Positions 12,729 to 26,303 of a stretch of DNA of 64,000 nucleotides are shown here, piece after piece. The notes under the pieces are model-generated. The model had not been told where the DNA came from. It ran no database searches and saw nothing but the letters and a program-made list of their open reading frames with translations. The DNA comes from Eledone cirrhosa (lineage: Eukaryota). The stretch's first letter is position 1. Each line of letters starts with the position of its first letter. Both the position numbers and the translations under genes were made by a program. The stretch is taken from the NCBI GenBank assembly GCA_964016885.1, contig OZ024741.1:22754001-22818000 (forward strand), in the 5' to 3' direction.

Positions 12729-12949
12729 TCTATATATACTATTGTATTTTCATGGTAAAAGCTTTATATCAAATAATTCACATAATTATTTCACATAATA
12801 TCGAATCTTTGAGATTTTGATGTTTATTGTGAGAACAATACCTTAACATCGGTATAAGTGGCTGGTTTGAACAGAAAGAGGTGAGAGAATTCTGGCTGGT
12901 TATGGCCAGTTTAAATGCTAAAGGGTTAACTCAGATCAACACAAAACCT

Positions 12950-13088
12950 ACTACTGACATTACTGCTACTACTACTACTGCCACTACTACCACTACTATT
13001 TCTACTACTACTACCACCACTACTACTACTGCCACTACAACCACTACCATCATCACCACCACTACTACTACTACTGCCACTACTATTT

Positions 13089-13121
<33 letters not shown>

Positions 13122-13300
13122 GTACCACATCAACTACCACTACTACCAACACCACTACTACCACTACGATTACAACCACTACTATCACTACGACTACAAC
13201 CACTACTACTACTACTACAACTACCACAACTACTACTACAACTACTACCACCACTACTACTACTACCACCACCACCATTACTACTACCACCATCACTATC
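12950..13300. repeat. (ACT/ACC)n trinucleotide microsatellite
   Basis: Seen directly; it produces the poly-Thr and poly-Val pseudo-ORFs. Confidence 0.97.
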
Positions 13301-13737
13301 ATTAATTAATTAGAATAGAGTGTATTTCATTAGACATAAAGTCCTGAAAGGGTTAATGACACACATTTATCAATTAGGTCCTGCATATCCTTGAGGTTGG
13401 CATTTCATAGACTGACACTATGTTTGCACTGTACCTGTGACTCAGTCCACCTTCTTATAAATAAATAACAGTGTAAGAGCAACATACTATACTGTAAACA
13501 TGGACCATGCTGAAACACTGCTTTACTTTATCCAGATGGAGTTTTTTCTCTCGTCCAACCAATGGCAGAGAAACAGAAGACAAACACTAATTCAGATCCA
13601 AAAAACAGCCATCAATTATACATTGATCTCTCTGCCTACAGATCTGAATTCTACATTTCCATTGAATGACTTAACTCTTTGTGACTTAGAAAATACAAAA
13701 TAATGCTATTTTTCTCAAAGGCTAGCATCTAATTGAC

Positions 13738-14137
13738 TCAGTCAACTATGGCTGTCAACAAGGCTCTTCAGTCAAGTGAGGCTATCAACCAGTCCTTTCA
13801 GTCAACTGTAGCTGTCAACCAGTCCCTTCAGTCAACTATGGCTGTCAACCAGTCCCTTCAGTCAACTATAGCTGTCACCCAGTCCCTTCAGTCAACTTTA
13901 GCTGTCAACTAGTCCCCTCAGTCAACTATAGCTGTCAACCAGTCCCTTCAGTCAACTGTAGCTGTCAACCAGTCCCTTCAGTCAACTGTAGCTGTCAACT
14001 AGACCCTTCAGTCAACTGTAGCTGTCAATTAGTCTCTTCAGTCAACTATAGCTGTCAACTAGTCTCTTCAGTCAACCAGTCCCTAAGCTAGTAAGCATCT
14101 TTTTAGCTCAATCAACTGTGGCTGTCAACCAGTCCCT
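13738..14137. repeat. 30-bp minisatellite (~12 copies)
   Basis: Unit GTCAACTGTAGCTGTCAACCAGTCCCTTCA. Confidence 0.95.
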
Positions 14138-14194
14138 ATTCAATGTCATATAAAATAATCTGTAGTATATGTGTTTATATAACCAATTACTTAC

Positions 14195-14362
14195 TCCATA
14201 AGCCAGTCACCCACATCAGGAAGGTCCCGCCATTTGTCTCCTGTGTTATTCCACACTCGTTGTGATCGACACAAGACAAGCATAAACAAGGATGCCACAC
14301 ATGACTTGTAGTTGATGTTTCCATGTTGGTGTAATCTATGTTTCATTTTATTACAAGAGAAT
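14195..14362 (-). CDS. PIGG: PIGG coding exon 9
   Basis: Not in the ORF track. Hand translation gives CRSQRVWNNTGDKWRDLPDVGDWL, matching the PIGG WNQTG motif; CAG acceptor and GTAAGT donor; 168 nt. Confidence 0.92.
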
Positions 14363-14506
14363 CTGAAAATACATCACCAAATAAAGAACATCAATGAATC
14401 CATTTAAAAACAACATAAATTCTAAAAATTATTTTTCTTTTTATGTTTCTATTTTGCCTTTATGTTTCAATTTTGACACAAATTCAACAGATTAGAGACA
14501 CATGCA

Positions 14507-14840
14507 TCATTTCATTTTACGTCCGCTTTTCCCTGCTTGCAAGGGTGGGAAGGGAACTGACTCTGGCTTGATTTCTACAGCTGAATGCCCTTCCTAACAC
14601 CAACCTCATTTACAGTGAGTGCTGGGTGCTTTTTTTGCCGTGGCACCTCCACGACCACTTTGCAGTGGAATGATAGGGACCCCAGTCCCTATCATCTCAT
14701 TTCTACAGCTGAGTAAACTGGAGCAATGTGAAATAAAGTGTCTTGCTCAAGGAAACAACACATCACCCAGTCTGAGAATTGAACTCACAACCTTTCGATT
14801 GCAAGGCCAATGCTCTAACCACTAAGCCATGTGCCTCCAT
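14507..14840 (-). mobile_element. tRNA-head SINE with RTE-derived 3' tail; partial twin at 29365-29590 and related heads near 6500-6725, 17390-17600, 19450-19775
   Basis: tRNA-like head (GTGGCTTAGTGG...GAGTTCAATTC), body CCTTGAGCAAGACACTTTATTTCAC, and a tail matching the RTE 3'UTR at 53060-53210. Confidence 0.82.
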
Positions 14841-15519
14841 ATGTACACATATCATCATCATCAATGATTTTTACATTCATTTTTCTATGCTTGCATGGGT
14901 TGGACAGGTCCTTCTCAGCACTCACCATGTCCCTTTGTCATCTCCTCAGTGAGTCTCAGCAATTTGAGATCAGTTCTCACCATCTCTGCCCAAGTAACCC
15001 TCGGTAATCAAGGGGAAGAGTATAAAGAACAAAAGTGCCATTACTAAATGCCATAAAACATTGTCTGACACTCTACCAATTCTGTTAATCCACCATTCTT
15101 ACGCAGATACACACAAAATAATGGTTTCTTATATAGGCACAAGGCCAGCAATTACCCAGTGCATTACTGGTACTTTATTTTATCGACCCTGTAAGGATGA
15201 AAGGCAAAGTTAACTTCGGCGGGATTTGAACTCAGAATGGAAATGGCCGTAACTCTATGCTGCAAACCATGGCGTCAGACCCTCTAACGATTCTGCCAAG
15301 TCACACAAAATAATGGTTTCTTATATAGGCACAAGACTTTGGAGGAAGGGAAAGTCGATGAAAATCGACCCCAGTGCATTACTGGTACTTTATTTTATTG
15401 ACCCCGTGAGGATGAAAGGCAAAGTTAACTTCGGCGGGATTTGAACTCAGATCATAAAGGGCCGTAACTCTATCTATACCGATACTAAAATACACACAAA
15501 GTAATAAAAAGTGTCTTAC

Positions 15520-15761
15520 ATTTGTTGAAGCAGATGTTGGTCTGATTCACAAGTCTGAGGATTAACACTTGGTCTGCAATATCTGAATACAGACAACCTT
15601 GATACTAAATATAAACTAATAATGACAAATAAACTGGATGTTAGGAAGTACCAAGTCTGGTGTTCTTCTTCAATAAAGCTACTTGACATCAGGCTTACAC
15701 AATGTACAATGGTCCCAAACAATGTAAAAGCTGTGGTAAAATTTTGGAAGAAGAAATTTTT
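15520..15761 (-). CDS. PIGG: PIGG coding exon 8
   Basis: Contains the family motif SSSFIEEEHQTWYF; TTTTTGCAG acceptor and GTAAGA donor; 242 nt. Confidence 0.93.
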
Positions 15762-16789
15762 CTGCAAAAACCAAACCAGAAACATGTTTGTTAGTTTAAA
15801 ACTCATTTGTTAATCAGATGTCTTATATAAGTTCATCATCCTTTAAATGGTTACGTTAAATATAATAATTGTTTCTCTTTTGGCACAAGGCCAGCAATTA
15901 CCCAGTACATTACTGGTACTTTATTTTATCGAGCCTTAAGGATGAAAGGCAAAGTTAACCTCGGTGGGATTTGAACTCAGATCGTAAAGGGCCGTAACTC
16001 TTTGCTGCAAAGCATGGTGTGTGACGCTCTGCCGATCTACCGCCCTTAAATAATGAGGAGAGGAAGAGGAGGGAGAAGAGGAGGGAGAAGAGGAGGAGAA
16101 AAGAAGGAAAGTGAGGAGGAGTAAGATGATGGAGGCGATAGTAGTAATGATAACAAAAGTAACAGCAACAACAATAACTTAATACAATAACATCCTAAAA
16201 TGATTTAGCAGAAAATATCTCAAATATTTGGGTTTGTTGATTGAAATGTTTATATCTTTACAAGTGAACATTTGAAGTATTAGAGTAAATACTTTAATAT
16301 TTAATGTGATGCAGTTATAATGCTGGTTTATACTTTCGAGAATATCTTGCTAATGTGGCTTTTTAATACTAACAAATTTATTGAAAGTCAAATATTATTT
16401 ATACTATATAAAAACATGGATTGGCAGTATCGGTAAAGCGTCGGACGCCATGCTTTGTAGCACAGAGTTATGTACCTTTATGATCTGAGTTCAAATCCTG
16501 CCGAGGTTAATTTTGCCTTTCATCCTTAAGGGGTCAATAAAATAAAGTACCAGTAATATACTGATATAATTGCTGGCCTTGTGCCAAAAACAGAAACAAT
16601 TATATTATATAAAAAACAAAATAAATGAAAAAAAGGGGTGGAGGTAAAGAAGGGCAGATCTGGCTGTATAGGAAAGTAAAGGAAAGGACTATAAATGCCA
16701 TAAATGTGAAGAAAAGGAGGGAAAGAGCAAGGACTATGAGGTAATGGAAGAAAAAGAGGAAGATGGGGAGGTGATATGACTCTGTGCCT

Positions 16790-16965
16790 AGGTCTGGGAG
16801 GTGTTTTGGCTGTGCCCTGCAGACAAAACTACAAAGGCATTTCTGTGGACAATGTCCAGCGATACCCACTGTAACAGCCGCCCCACTTTGCTGGGCTCCT
16901 TCTTCAGACGGGCTGCTGTCATTCTGACTTTACAGAGGAACTCAGCTGCCTGAGGTCTTGACAGC
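16790..16965 (+). mobile_element. Possible CRE-like C-terminal remnant
   Basis: GC-richer island translating to GSFFRRAAVILTLQRNSAA, resembling the RLE end motif QRLSVAxQRGNAA. Confidence 0.4.
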
Positions 16966-17058
16966 GACTGGGACAAAGAGGAAGCGTCCAGACAAGCCCT
17001 GCCATGCGGTTTCATACAGTAGTGGAACATTAAATGTCAATCAAGCTGTCAAACTTAC

Positions 17059-17316
17059 CTTGAAAATGTCTAGGAAGACAGGTGTAATGGAGACTGATAA
17101 GAGAACTGTCAGCTGTGAGGTGAAACTCAGCAAAATAACGACCACTGGATTGTTGCAGAGCAGAGAGTTGTTGTGTTTAGCAGAACATATGAACACATGA
17201 AGAGATAGTGAAGCCAATCCAATCAAGAGAAGACAGAAGCAGTAAGTGTTGGTGATGTTGAGTTGGATAGGATAGTTCCCTTTGTGTAATATAACAGCTA
17301 CAAGTACATACAGGAG
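17059..17316 (-). CDS. PIGG: PIGG coding exon 7 (transmembrane)
   Basis: Hydrophobic open frame LLYVLVAVIL...VFLDIFK; TTTCTTCTGTCAG acceptor and GTAAGT donor; 258 nt. Confidence 0.85.
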
Positions 17317-18116
17317 CTGACAGAAGAAATACATTTAGGATGTTTTAATTTCATATAAAACAATGTGTGTGTGTGTGTGTGTGTGTGAAGGACATTGCTT
17401 AGTGGTTAGGGTGTTTGACTCACAATTGTAAGGTCATGAATTCACTTACTAGTGGCACATTGTAAAGTGGTTGTGTAGGTGTCACGACAAAAAGCACCCA
17501 GTGCACACTGTAAAGTGGTCAAGTAGGTGTCATGACAAAAAGGACCCAGTCCACATTATAAAGTGGTTGGCATTAGGGAAGCATCCAGCCATAGAAACCA
17601 AGCTAAAAACACATCATGTGGCAACTTTAAAATAAACAACTGTGAATCACAGAAACACGTATGGCTTCAGGCAGTTTAATATCAAAAAGATTAATTAACA
17701 TGCTGAGACAACATTTTAAGTTGTAAATAAATTTACAAATATACATTTAATAAGCATACATTAACCCTTTAGTATTTTCATTACTCTATATTTACTATTG
17801 TATTTTCATGGTAAGCACTTTATTTCACATAATTATCTCACATAATATCGAATCTATAAGAATCTGATATTATTTATTTTGAAAGCAATACCTTAACACC
17901 AGTATGAGTAACAAGATGCAGCCGGCTTGAACAGAAAGTGGTGAGAGAATTCTGGCCAGATACGGCAGGTTTAAATGCTACAGGGTTAACTCTATAAAAT
18001 TGTTAGCATCAGGAAGGTCATCTGGTCAATATAACCAAGCCCAAATAAAAGATATGAGCATGACATCTTCTCACCCATTTAGTTTCTGACAACAGCAGCC
18101 CAGCAAACAATGCCAA

Positions 18117-18890
18117 CATATCAAGAAGTCCTCTTGTGAACGTGACCTGGGCATTACTGTCAGCAGCGATTTGCGTTGGACAAAGCATGTCTCTAAGATT
18201 GTCAAGAAGGCCGAGGGTGTCTTGGCATCACTCAGCAAGACCTTTGTTAGCCGCTCTCCAGCCATCTATTTAAAACTGTATACAGCTATGATACTACTCT
18301 TGGAATTCGCATCATCAGTCTGGAACCCCTATCTTGCTCAGAACATTGACCGCCTGGAAACTGTTCAGAGACGTGCAACCAAGCGCATACCCTCCATCAG
18401 ACACCTACCATACTCTGAACGCCTTGCTTCCGTGGGCATGGATTCATTGAAGCTCCGAGGTCTGGCAATGGACTTGGTAAACACCCACAAAGTTATTAAC
18501 CATCTCACCAACAACAATCCTGAGCACCTTTTTGATCTCCATGTGTCTAACACACGTGGACATGCCTACAAAATCAGAAAACAGGACAGCTCCCATGACT
18601 TTCGTAAACATTTTTTCACGCTCAGAGTTGCTGAAGCATGGAACAAACTGCCTGCGTCAGTTGTTAGCTGCTGAGACACTGCATCCTTTAAACCCTCATG
18701 CTTCCCGAAATACGCCAAAACTACACCTGATGTACCCCTTCCATACACATGCACACGTGTATATCATGACTCATGCACTGTTCATTTTCCTGACGTTTCT
18801 ACATTACCCTATGTACTATATATACACTTTTTGATGAGTTGTAGTGCACTTGAGCACTGTACACAATATTTCATTATTATTATTATTATA
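18117..18890 (+). mobile_element. Second copy of the same CR1-group LINE (3' part)
   Basis: Near-identical to 2175-2880 and retains a segment deleted in the first copy; (ATT)n tail. Confidence 0.92.
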
Positions 18891-19878
18891 TTATTGGCAG
18901 TATCGGTAGAGGGTCGGACGCCATGCTTTCCAGCATAGTTACGTCCCTTTACGATCTGAGTTCAAATCCCGCCGAGGTTGACTTTGCCTTTCATCCCTAC
19001 GGGGTTGATAAAATAAAGTACCAGTAATGCACTGGGTAATTTCTGGCCTTGTGCCTAAAGTAGAAACAATTATTATTATAACATGGAAAATGGCATAAAT
19101 CAATGATGATGATGATAATATTTAGCTTTGCTAGGATCTATTTTCACCATGAGGCTAAATGTATGTTTATTCAACACTTGGAATTTATTTATATTTGTAA
19201 TGTGGAAAGAAGATGTGGTAGAGGAAGATGACGAAAAACATGGGCGGAGGTGGTGAGAACAGACCTCAGATCACTGAAGCTCACGGTGGAGATGACGAAG
19301 GACAGTGACATGTGAAGAGATGCTGTGCTGAATAAGACCTGTCCCACCCTTGCAAGCAGTGAAAAGCGGATGCAAAATGATGATGATGATGATGAATGTG
19401 TGTAATATTTTACATTAGAAATATAATTAGCTTAGATTATTTTGAGGAAGGTGCATAGCTTAGTGGTTAGAGCGATGAACTTAAAATCATGAGATCGTGA
19501 GTTCCATTTCTGGACCAGGTGATGTGTTGTGCCCTTGAATAAGACACTTTATTTCACGTTACTCCAGTTTACTCAGTTGTAGAAATGAGTTGAGATGTCC
19601 CTGGTGCCAAACTGTATCAGCCATTGCCTTTTCCTTCGACAACACCAGTGGTATGGAGACGGGGAGACTGGTATACATGAGTGACTACTGGTCTTCCACA
19701 AACAACCTTGCCTGGACACCTGCCTCTGGGTGCAAATCCTATGGTCATTCATGACCAAAGGAGATTTTCCCTAGATTATTTTAAGGTATTTCCACAGAGG
19801 AGTACACAACCCATGAAATAACAAAATTATGAAATGGTAGAGTTTCAAGCAAAATAGTTTTTTGGCTTTCATCATTCT

Positions 19879-22800
19879 TAGTGTCTTAAACTAAGGTGGA
19901 CTAACAGTGTTATGTTTAGGTAATGTAGTGGTTAAAATGATAGTGTCTTAAACTAAGGTGGACTAACAGTGTTATGTTTAGGTAATGTAGTGGTTAAAAT
20001 GATAGTGTCTTAAACTAAGGTGGACTAACAGTGTTATGTTTAGGTAATGTAGTGGTTAAAATGATAGTGTCTTAAACTAAGGTGGACTAACAGTATTATG
20101 TTTAGATAATGTAGTGGTTAAAATGATAGTGTCTTAAACTAAGGTGGACTAACAGTATTATGTTTAGGTAATGTAGTGGTTAAAATGATAGTGTCTTAAA
20201 CTAAGGTGGACTAACAGTATTATGTTTAGGTAATGTAGTGGTTAAAATGATAGTGTCTTAAACTAAGGTGGACTAACAGTATTATGTTTAGGTAATGTAG
20301 TGGTTAAAATGATAGTGTCTTAAACTAAGGTGGACTAACAGTATTATGTTTAGGTAATGTAGTGGTTAAAATGATAGTGTCTTAAACTAAGGTGGACTAA
20401 CAGTGTTATGTTTAGGTAATGTAGTGGTTAAAATGATAGTGTCTTAAACTAAGGTGGACTAACAGTGTTATGTTTAGGTAATGTAGTGGTTAAAATGATA
20501 GTGTCTTAAACTAAGGTGGACTAACAGTGTTATGTTTAGGTAATGTAGTGGTTAAAATGATAGTGTCTTAAACTAAGGTGGACTAACAGTATTGTGTGTA
20601 GGTAATGTAGTAGTTAAAATGATAGTGTCTTAAACTAAGGTGGACTAACAGTACCATGTTTAGGTAATGTAGTGGTTAAAATGATAGTGTCTTAAACTAA
20701 GGTGGACTAACAGTGTTATGCTTAGGTAATGTAGTAGTTAAAATGATAATGTCTTAAACTAAGGTGGACTAACAGTATTATGTTTAGATAATGTAGTGGT
20801 TAAAATGATAGTGTCTTAAACTAAGGTGGACTAACAGTATTATGTTTAGGTAATGTAGTGGTTAAAATGATAGTGTCTTAAACTAAGGTGGACTAACAGT
20901 GTTATGTTTAGGTAATGTAATGGTTAAAATGATAGTGTCTTAAACTAAGGTGGACTAACAGTATCATGTTTAGGTAATGTAATGGTTAAAATGATAGTGT
21001 CTTAAACTAAGGTGGACTAACAGTGTTATATTTAGGTAATGTAGTGGTTAAAATGATAGTGTCTTAAACTAAGGTGGACTAACAGTGTTATATTTAGGTA
21101 ATGTAGTGGTTAAAATGATAGTGTCTTAAGCTAAGGTGGACTAACATTATCATGTTTAGGTAATGTAGTGGTTAAAATGATAGTGTCTTAAACTAAGGTG
21201 GACTAACAGTATTATGTTTAGGTAATGTAGTGGTTAAAATGATAGTGTCTTAAACTAAGGTGGACTAACAGTATCATGTTTAGGTAATGTAATGGTTAAA
21301 ATGATAGTGTCTTAAACTAAGGTGGACTAACAGTATCATGTTTAGTTAATGTAGTGGTTAAAATGATAGTGTCTTAAACTAAGGTGGACTAACAGTATCA
21401 TGTTTAGGTAATGTAGTGGTTAAAATGATAGTGTCTTAAACTAAGGTGGACTAACAGTATTATGTTTAGGTAATGTAATGGTTAAAATGATAGTGTCTTA
21501 AACTAAGGTGGACTAACAGTATCATGTTTAGTTAATGTAGTGGTTAAAATGATAGTGTCTTAAACTAAGGTGGACTAACAGTGTTATGTTTAGGTAATGT
21601 AGTGGTTAAAATGATAGTGTCTTAAACTAAGGTGGACTAACAGTATCATGTTTAGGTAATGTAGTGGTTAAAATAATAGTGTCTTAAACTAAGGTGGACT
21701 AACAGTATCATGTTTAGGTAATGTAGTGGTTAAAATGATAGTGTCTTAAACTAAGGTGGACTAACAGTATCATGTTTAGGTAATGTAGTGGTTAAAATAA
21801 TAGTGTCTTAAACTAAGGTGGACTAACAGTGTTATGTTTAGGTAATGTAGTGGTTAAAATGATAGTGTCTTAAACTAAGGTGGACTAACAGTATTATGTT
21901 TAGGTAATGTAGTGGTTAAAATGATAGTGTCTTAAACTAAGGTGGACTAACAGTATTATGTTTAGGTAATGTAGTGGTTAATATGATAGTGTCTTAAACT
22001 AAGGTGGACTAACAGTATTATGTTTAGATAATGTAGTGGTTAAAATGATAGTGTCTTAAACTAAGGTGGACTAACAGTATTATTTTTAGGTAATGTAGTG
22101 GTTAAAATGATAGTGTCTTAAACTAAGGTGGACTAACAGTATTATGTTTAGGTAATGTAGTGGTTAAAATAATAGTGTCTTAAACTAAGGTGGACTAACA
22201 GTATTATGTTTAGGTAATGTAGTGGTTAAAATGATAGTGTCTTAAACTAAGGTGGACTAACAGTATTATGTTTAGGTAATGTAGTAGTTAAAATGATAGT
22301 GTCTTAAACTAAGGTGGACTAACAGTATTATTTTTAGGTAATGTAGTGGTTAAAATGATAGTGTCTTAAACTAAGGTGGACTAACAGTATCATGTTTAGT
22401 TAATGTAGTGGTTAAAATGATAGTGTCTTAAACTAAGGTGGACTAACAGTATCATGTTTAGGTAATGTAGTGGTTAAAATGATAGTGTCTTAAACTAAGG
22501 TGGACTAACAGTGTTATGTTTAGGTAATGTAATGGTTAAAATTATAGTGTCTTAAACTAAGGTGGACTAACAGTGTTATCTTTAGGTAATGTAGTGGTTA
22601 AAATGATAGTGTCTTAAACTAAGGTGGACTAACAGTGTTATGTTTAGGTAATGTAATGGTTAAAATTATAGTGTCTTAAACTAAGGTGGACTAACAGTAT
22701 TATGTTTAGGTAATGTAGTAGTTAAAATGATAGTGTCTTAAACTAAGGTGGACTAACAGTGTTATGTTTAGGTAATGTAGTGGTTAAAATAATAGTGTCT

Positions 22801-25124
22801 TAAACTAAGGTGGACTAACAGTGTTATGTTTAGGTAATGTAGTGGTTAAAATGATAGTGTCTTAAACTAAGGTGGACTAACAGTATCATGTTTGGGTAAT
22901 GTAGTGGTTAAAATGATAGTGTCTTAAACTAAGGTGGACCAACAGTATCATGTTTAGGTAATGTAGTGGTTAAAATGATAGTGTCTTAAACTAAGGTGGA
23001 CTAACAGTGTTATGTTTAGGTAATGTAGGTGTTAAAATGATAGTGTCTTAAACTAAGGTGGACTAACAGTGTCATGTTTAGGTAATGTAGTGATTACAAT
23101 GATAGTGTCTTAAACTAAGGTGGACTAACAGTATTATGTTTAGGTAATGTAGTGGTTAAAATGATAGTGTCTTAAACTAAGGTGGACTAACAGTGTTATG
23201 TTTAGGTAATGTAGTGGTTAAAATAATAGTGTCTTAAACTAAGGTGGACTAACAGTGTTATGTTTAGGTAATGTAGTAGTTAAAATGATAGTGTCTTAAA
23301 CTAAGGTGGACTAACAGTGTTATGTTTAGGTAATGTAGTGGTTAAAATGATAGTGTCTTAAACTAAGGTGGACTAACAGTATTATGTTTAGGTAATGTAA
23401 TGGTTGAAATGATAGTGTCTTAAACTAAGGTGGACTAACAGTGTTATGTTTAGGTAATGTAGTAGTTAAAATGATAGTGTCTTAAACTAAGGTGGACTAA
23501 CAGTGTTATGTTTAGGTAATGTAGTGGTTAAAATGATAGTGTCTTAAACTAAGGTGGACTAACAGTGTTATGTTTAGGTAATGTAGTTGTTAAAATGATA
23601 GTGTCTTAAACTAAGGTGGACTAACAGTATTATGTTTAGGTAATGTAGTGGTTAAAATGATAGTGTCTTAAACTAAGGTGGACTAACATTATCATGTTTA
23701 GGTAATGTAGTGGTTAAAATGATATTGTCTTAAACTAAGGTGGACTAACAGTATTATGTTTAGGTAATGTAGTGGTTAAAATGATAGTGTCTTAAACTAA
23801 GGTGGACTAACAGTATCATGTTTGGGTAATGTAGTGGTTAAAATGATAGTGTCTTAAACTAAGGTGGACTAACAGTGTTATGTTTAGGTAATGTAGTGGT
23901 TAAAATGTTAGTGTCTTAAACTAAGGTGGACTAACAGTATCATGTTTAGGTAATGTAATGGTTAAAATGATAGTGTCTTAAACTAAGGTGGACTAACAGT
24001 ACCATGTTTAGGTAATGTAGGTGTTAAAATGATAGTGTCTTAAACTAAGGTGGACTAACAGTATCATGTTTAGGTAATGTAGTGATTACAATGATAGTGT
24101 CTTAAACTAAGGTGGACTAACAGTGTTATGTTTAGGTAATGTAGTGGTTGAAATGATAGTGTCTTAAACTAAGGTGGACTAACAGTATCATGTTTAGGTA
24201 ATGTAGTGGTTAAAATGATAGTGTCTTAAACTAAGGTGGACTAACAGTATCATGTTTAGTTAATGTAGTGGTTAAAATAATAGTGTCTTAAACTAAGGTG
24301 GACTAACAGTATTATGTTTAGGTAATGTAGTGGTTAAAATGATAGTGTCTTAAACTAACGTGGACTAACAGTGTTATGTTTAGGTAATGTAGTTGTTAAA
24401 ATGATAGTGTCTTAAACTAAGGTGGACTAACAGTATTATGTTTAGGTAATGTAGTGGTTAAAATGATAGTGTCTTAAACTAAGGTGGACTAACATTATCA
24501 TGTTTAGGTAATGTAGTGGTTAAAATGATAGTGTCTTAAACTAAGGTGGACTAACAGTGTTATGTTTAGGTAATGTAGTGGTTAAAATAATAGTGTCTTA
24601 AACTAAGGTGGACTAACAGTATTATGTTTAGGTAATGTAGTAGTTAAAATGATAGTGTCTTAAACTAAGGTGGACTAACAGTGTTATGTTTAGGTAATGT
24701 AGTGGTTAAAATGATAGTGTCTTAAACTAAGGTGGACTAACAGTGTTATGTTTAGGTAATGTAGTGGTTAAAATGATAGTGTCTTAAACTAAGGTGGACT
24801 AACAGTGTTATGTTTAGGTAATGTAGTGGTTAAAATGATAGTGTCTTAAGCTAAGGTGGACTAACAGTATCATGTTTAGTTAATGTAGTGGTTAAAATGA
24901 TAGTGTCTTAAACTAAGGTGGACTAACAGTAGCATGTTTAGGTAATGTAGTGGTTAAAATGATAGTGTCTTAAACTAAGGTGGACTAACAGTATTATGTT
25001 TAGGTAATGTAATGGTTGAAATGATAGTGTCTTAAACTAAGGTGGACTAACAGTGTTATGTTTAGGTAATGTAGTGGTTAAAATGATAGTGTCTTAAACT
25101 AAGGTGGACTAACAGTGTTATGTT
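19879..25124. repeat. 62-bp satellite, ~85 copies, in PIGG intron 6
   Basis: Unit TAGTGTCTTAAACTAAGGTGGACTAACAGTGTTATGTTTAGGTAATGTAGTGGTTAAAATGA; constant unit length with point variants only. Confidence 0.98.
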
Positions 25125-25748
25125 TTATCCTTCTGAACTCTAATTATAATTGTTTCTACTTTTGGCACAAGGCTAGCAATTATCCCAGTGTATTACTGGT
25201 ACTTTATTTTATCGACCCAGTAAGGATGAAAGGCAAAGTTAACCTCGGCGGCATTTGAACTCAGAATGGCAAGGGCCGTAACTCTATGCATCAAAGCATG
25301 GTGTCCAACCCTCTACCGTTACTGCCAATCCACCACCCTAATTATAATGTGTGTTAGTAACAGTAGTTTTAACCTCTTTTGTGTTGTTATTTAACCCCAA
25401 ATTAGTTCTGATACAGCGGACCTGCGACCAAAAGTGAAATTATTCCTCAGTAAGAATTTAACATTAAATTATTTAATGTTAAATTTAGGCACAAGGCCAA
25501 CAATTTTGAGGGAGAGGAAAGTCAATTAAATCGACCCCAGTGCGTTATTAGTATTTTATATTATTGCCTCCGTAAGGATTAAAGGCAAAGCTAACCTCAG
25601 CAGGATTTGAACTCTGATCGTAAACGGCCGTAACTCTATGCCATAAAGCAGGGTGTCCAATACTCCACCGATACTGTCAATCCAACAATTGTATAACAGA
25701 AGATTTTCTGAGACAAAGAAAGCACTTTACAAAACATGGTTATCTTAC

Positions 25749-25960
25749 CAACCATAAATTGACATTACTAAAGAGCATGCCACTGATATCATGATCAATC
25801 ATCTTCAATATCATTTCAGAACTCATAGTTTTTATAGCATCCCGATAAGATTGGATGATGAACTTTCCTTGTTCATACCAGGGAGCAGTGTGTTTCTGGC
25901 TAGCAGTTCTCCATAATTGGTGCCTGGAAATGGCTGATTCGTACATCAACATAGCATTGT
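25749..25960 (-). CDS. PIGG: PIGG coding exon 6
   Basis: Open frame, phase 1 in and phase 0 out; CAG acceptor and GTAAGA donor; 212 nt. Confidence 0.85.
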
Positions 25961-26303
25961 CTGAGCAAAAAAATAATACAAAATAGAAAGTATTTTAAAG
26001 TGATATCAACAGTATCAATAATAATTCACCATCATCATCATTGTTATTTAATGTCTGTTTTTCCCTGCTAGGATTGGACAGGTATTAACAAAACAAGTCA
26101 CTACTCAAGCACTTCTTCACCCATCGATCATCCTCTATGCACATCACATGCCTGTACTAACACAGTCTTCTCTCCGCAGATTCCTCTTAAACCCAACTTC
26201 TCCCTCAGCTCCTCCAAGCTCTGCCTTTCTCTCACATTTACATTGCACATCCATTCAGAAAATAATATTACTTATGATGAAACCTAATAATTAAAGAACT
26301 TAC

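Noticed and set aside
12881-13309. Poly-Thr mucin-like and poly-Val ORFs
   Set aside because: Trinucleotide microsatellite joined to a MITE end.
19879-25124. CRISPR-like array
   Set aside because: No unique spacers, only point variants of one unit; eukaryotic intron with no cas genes.
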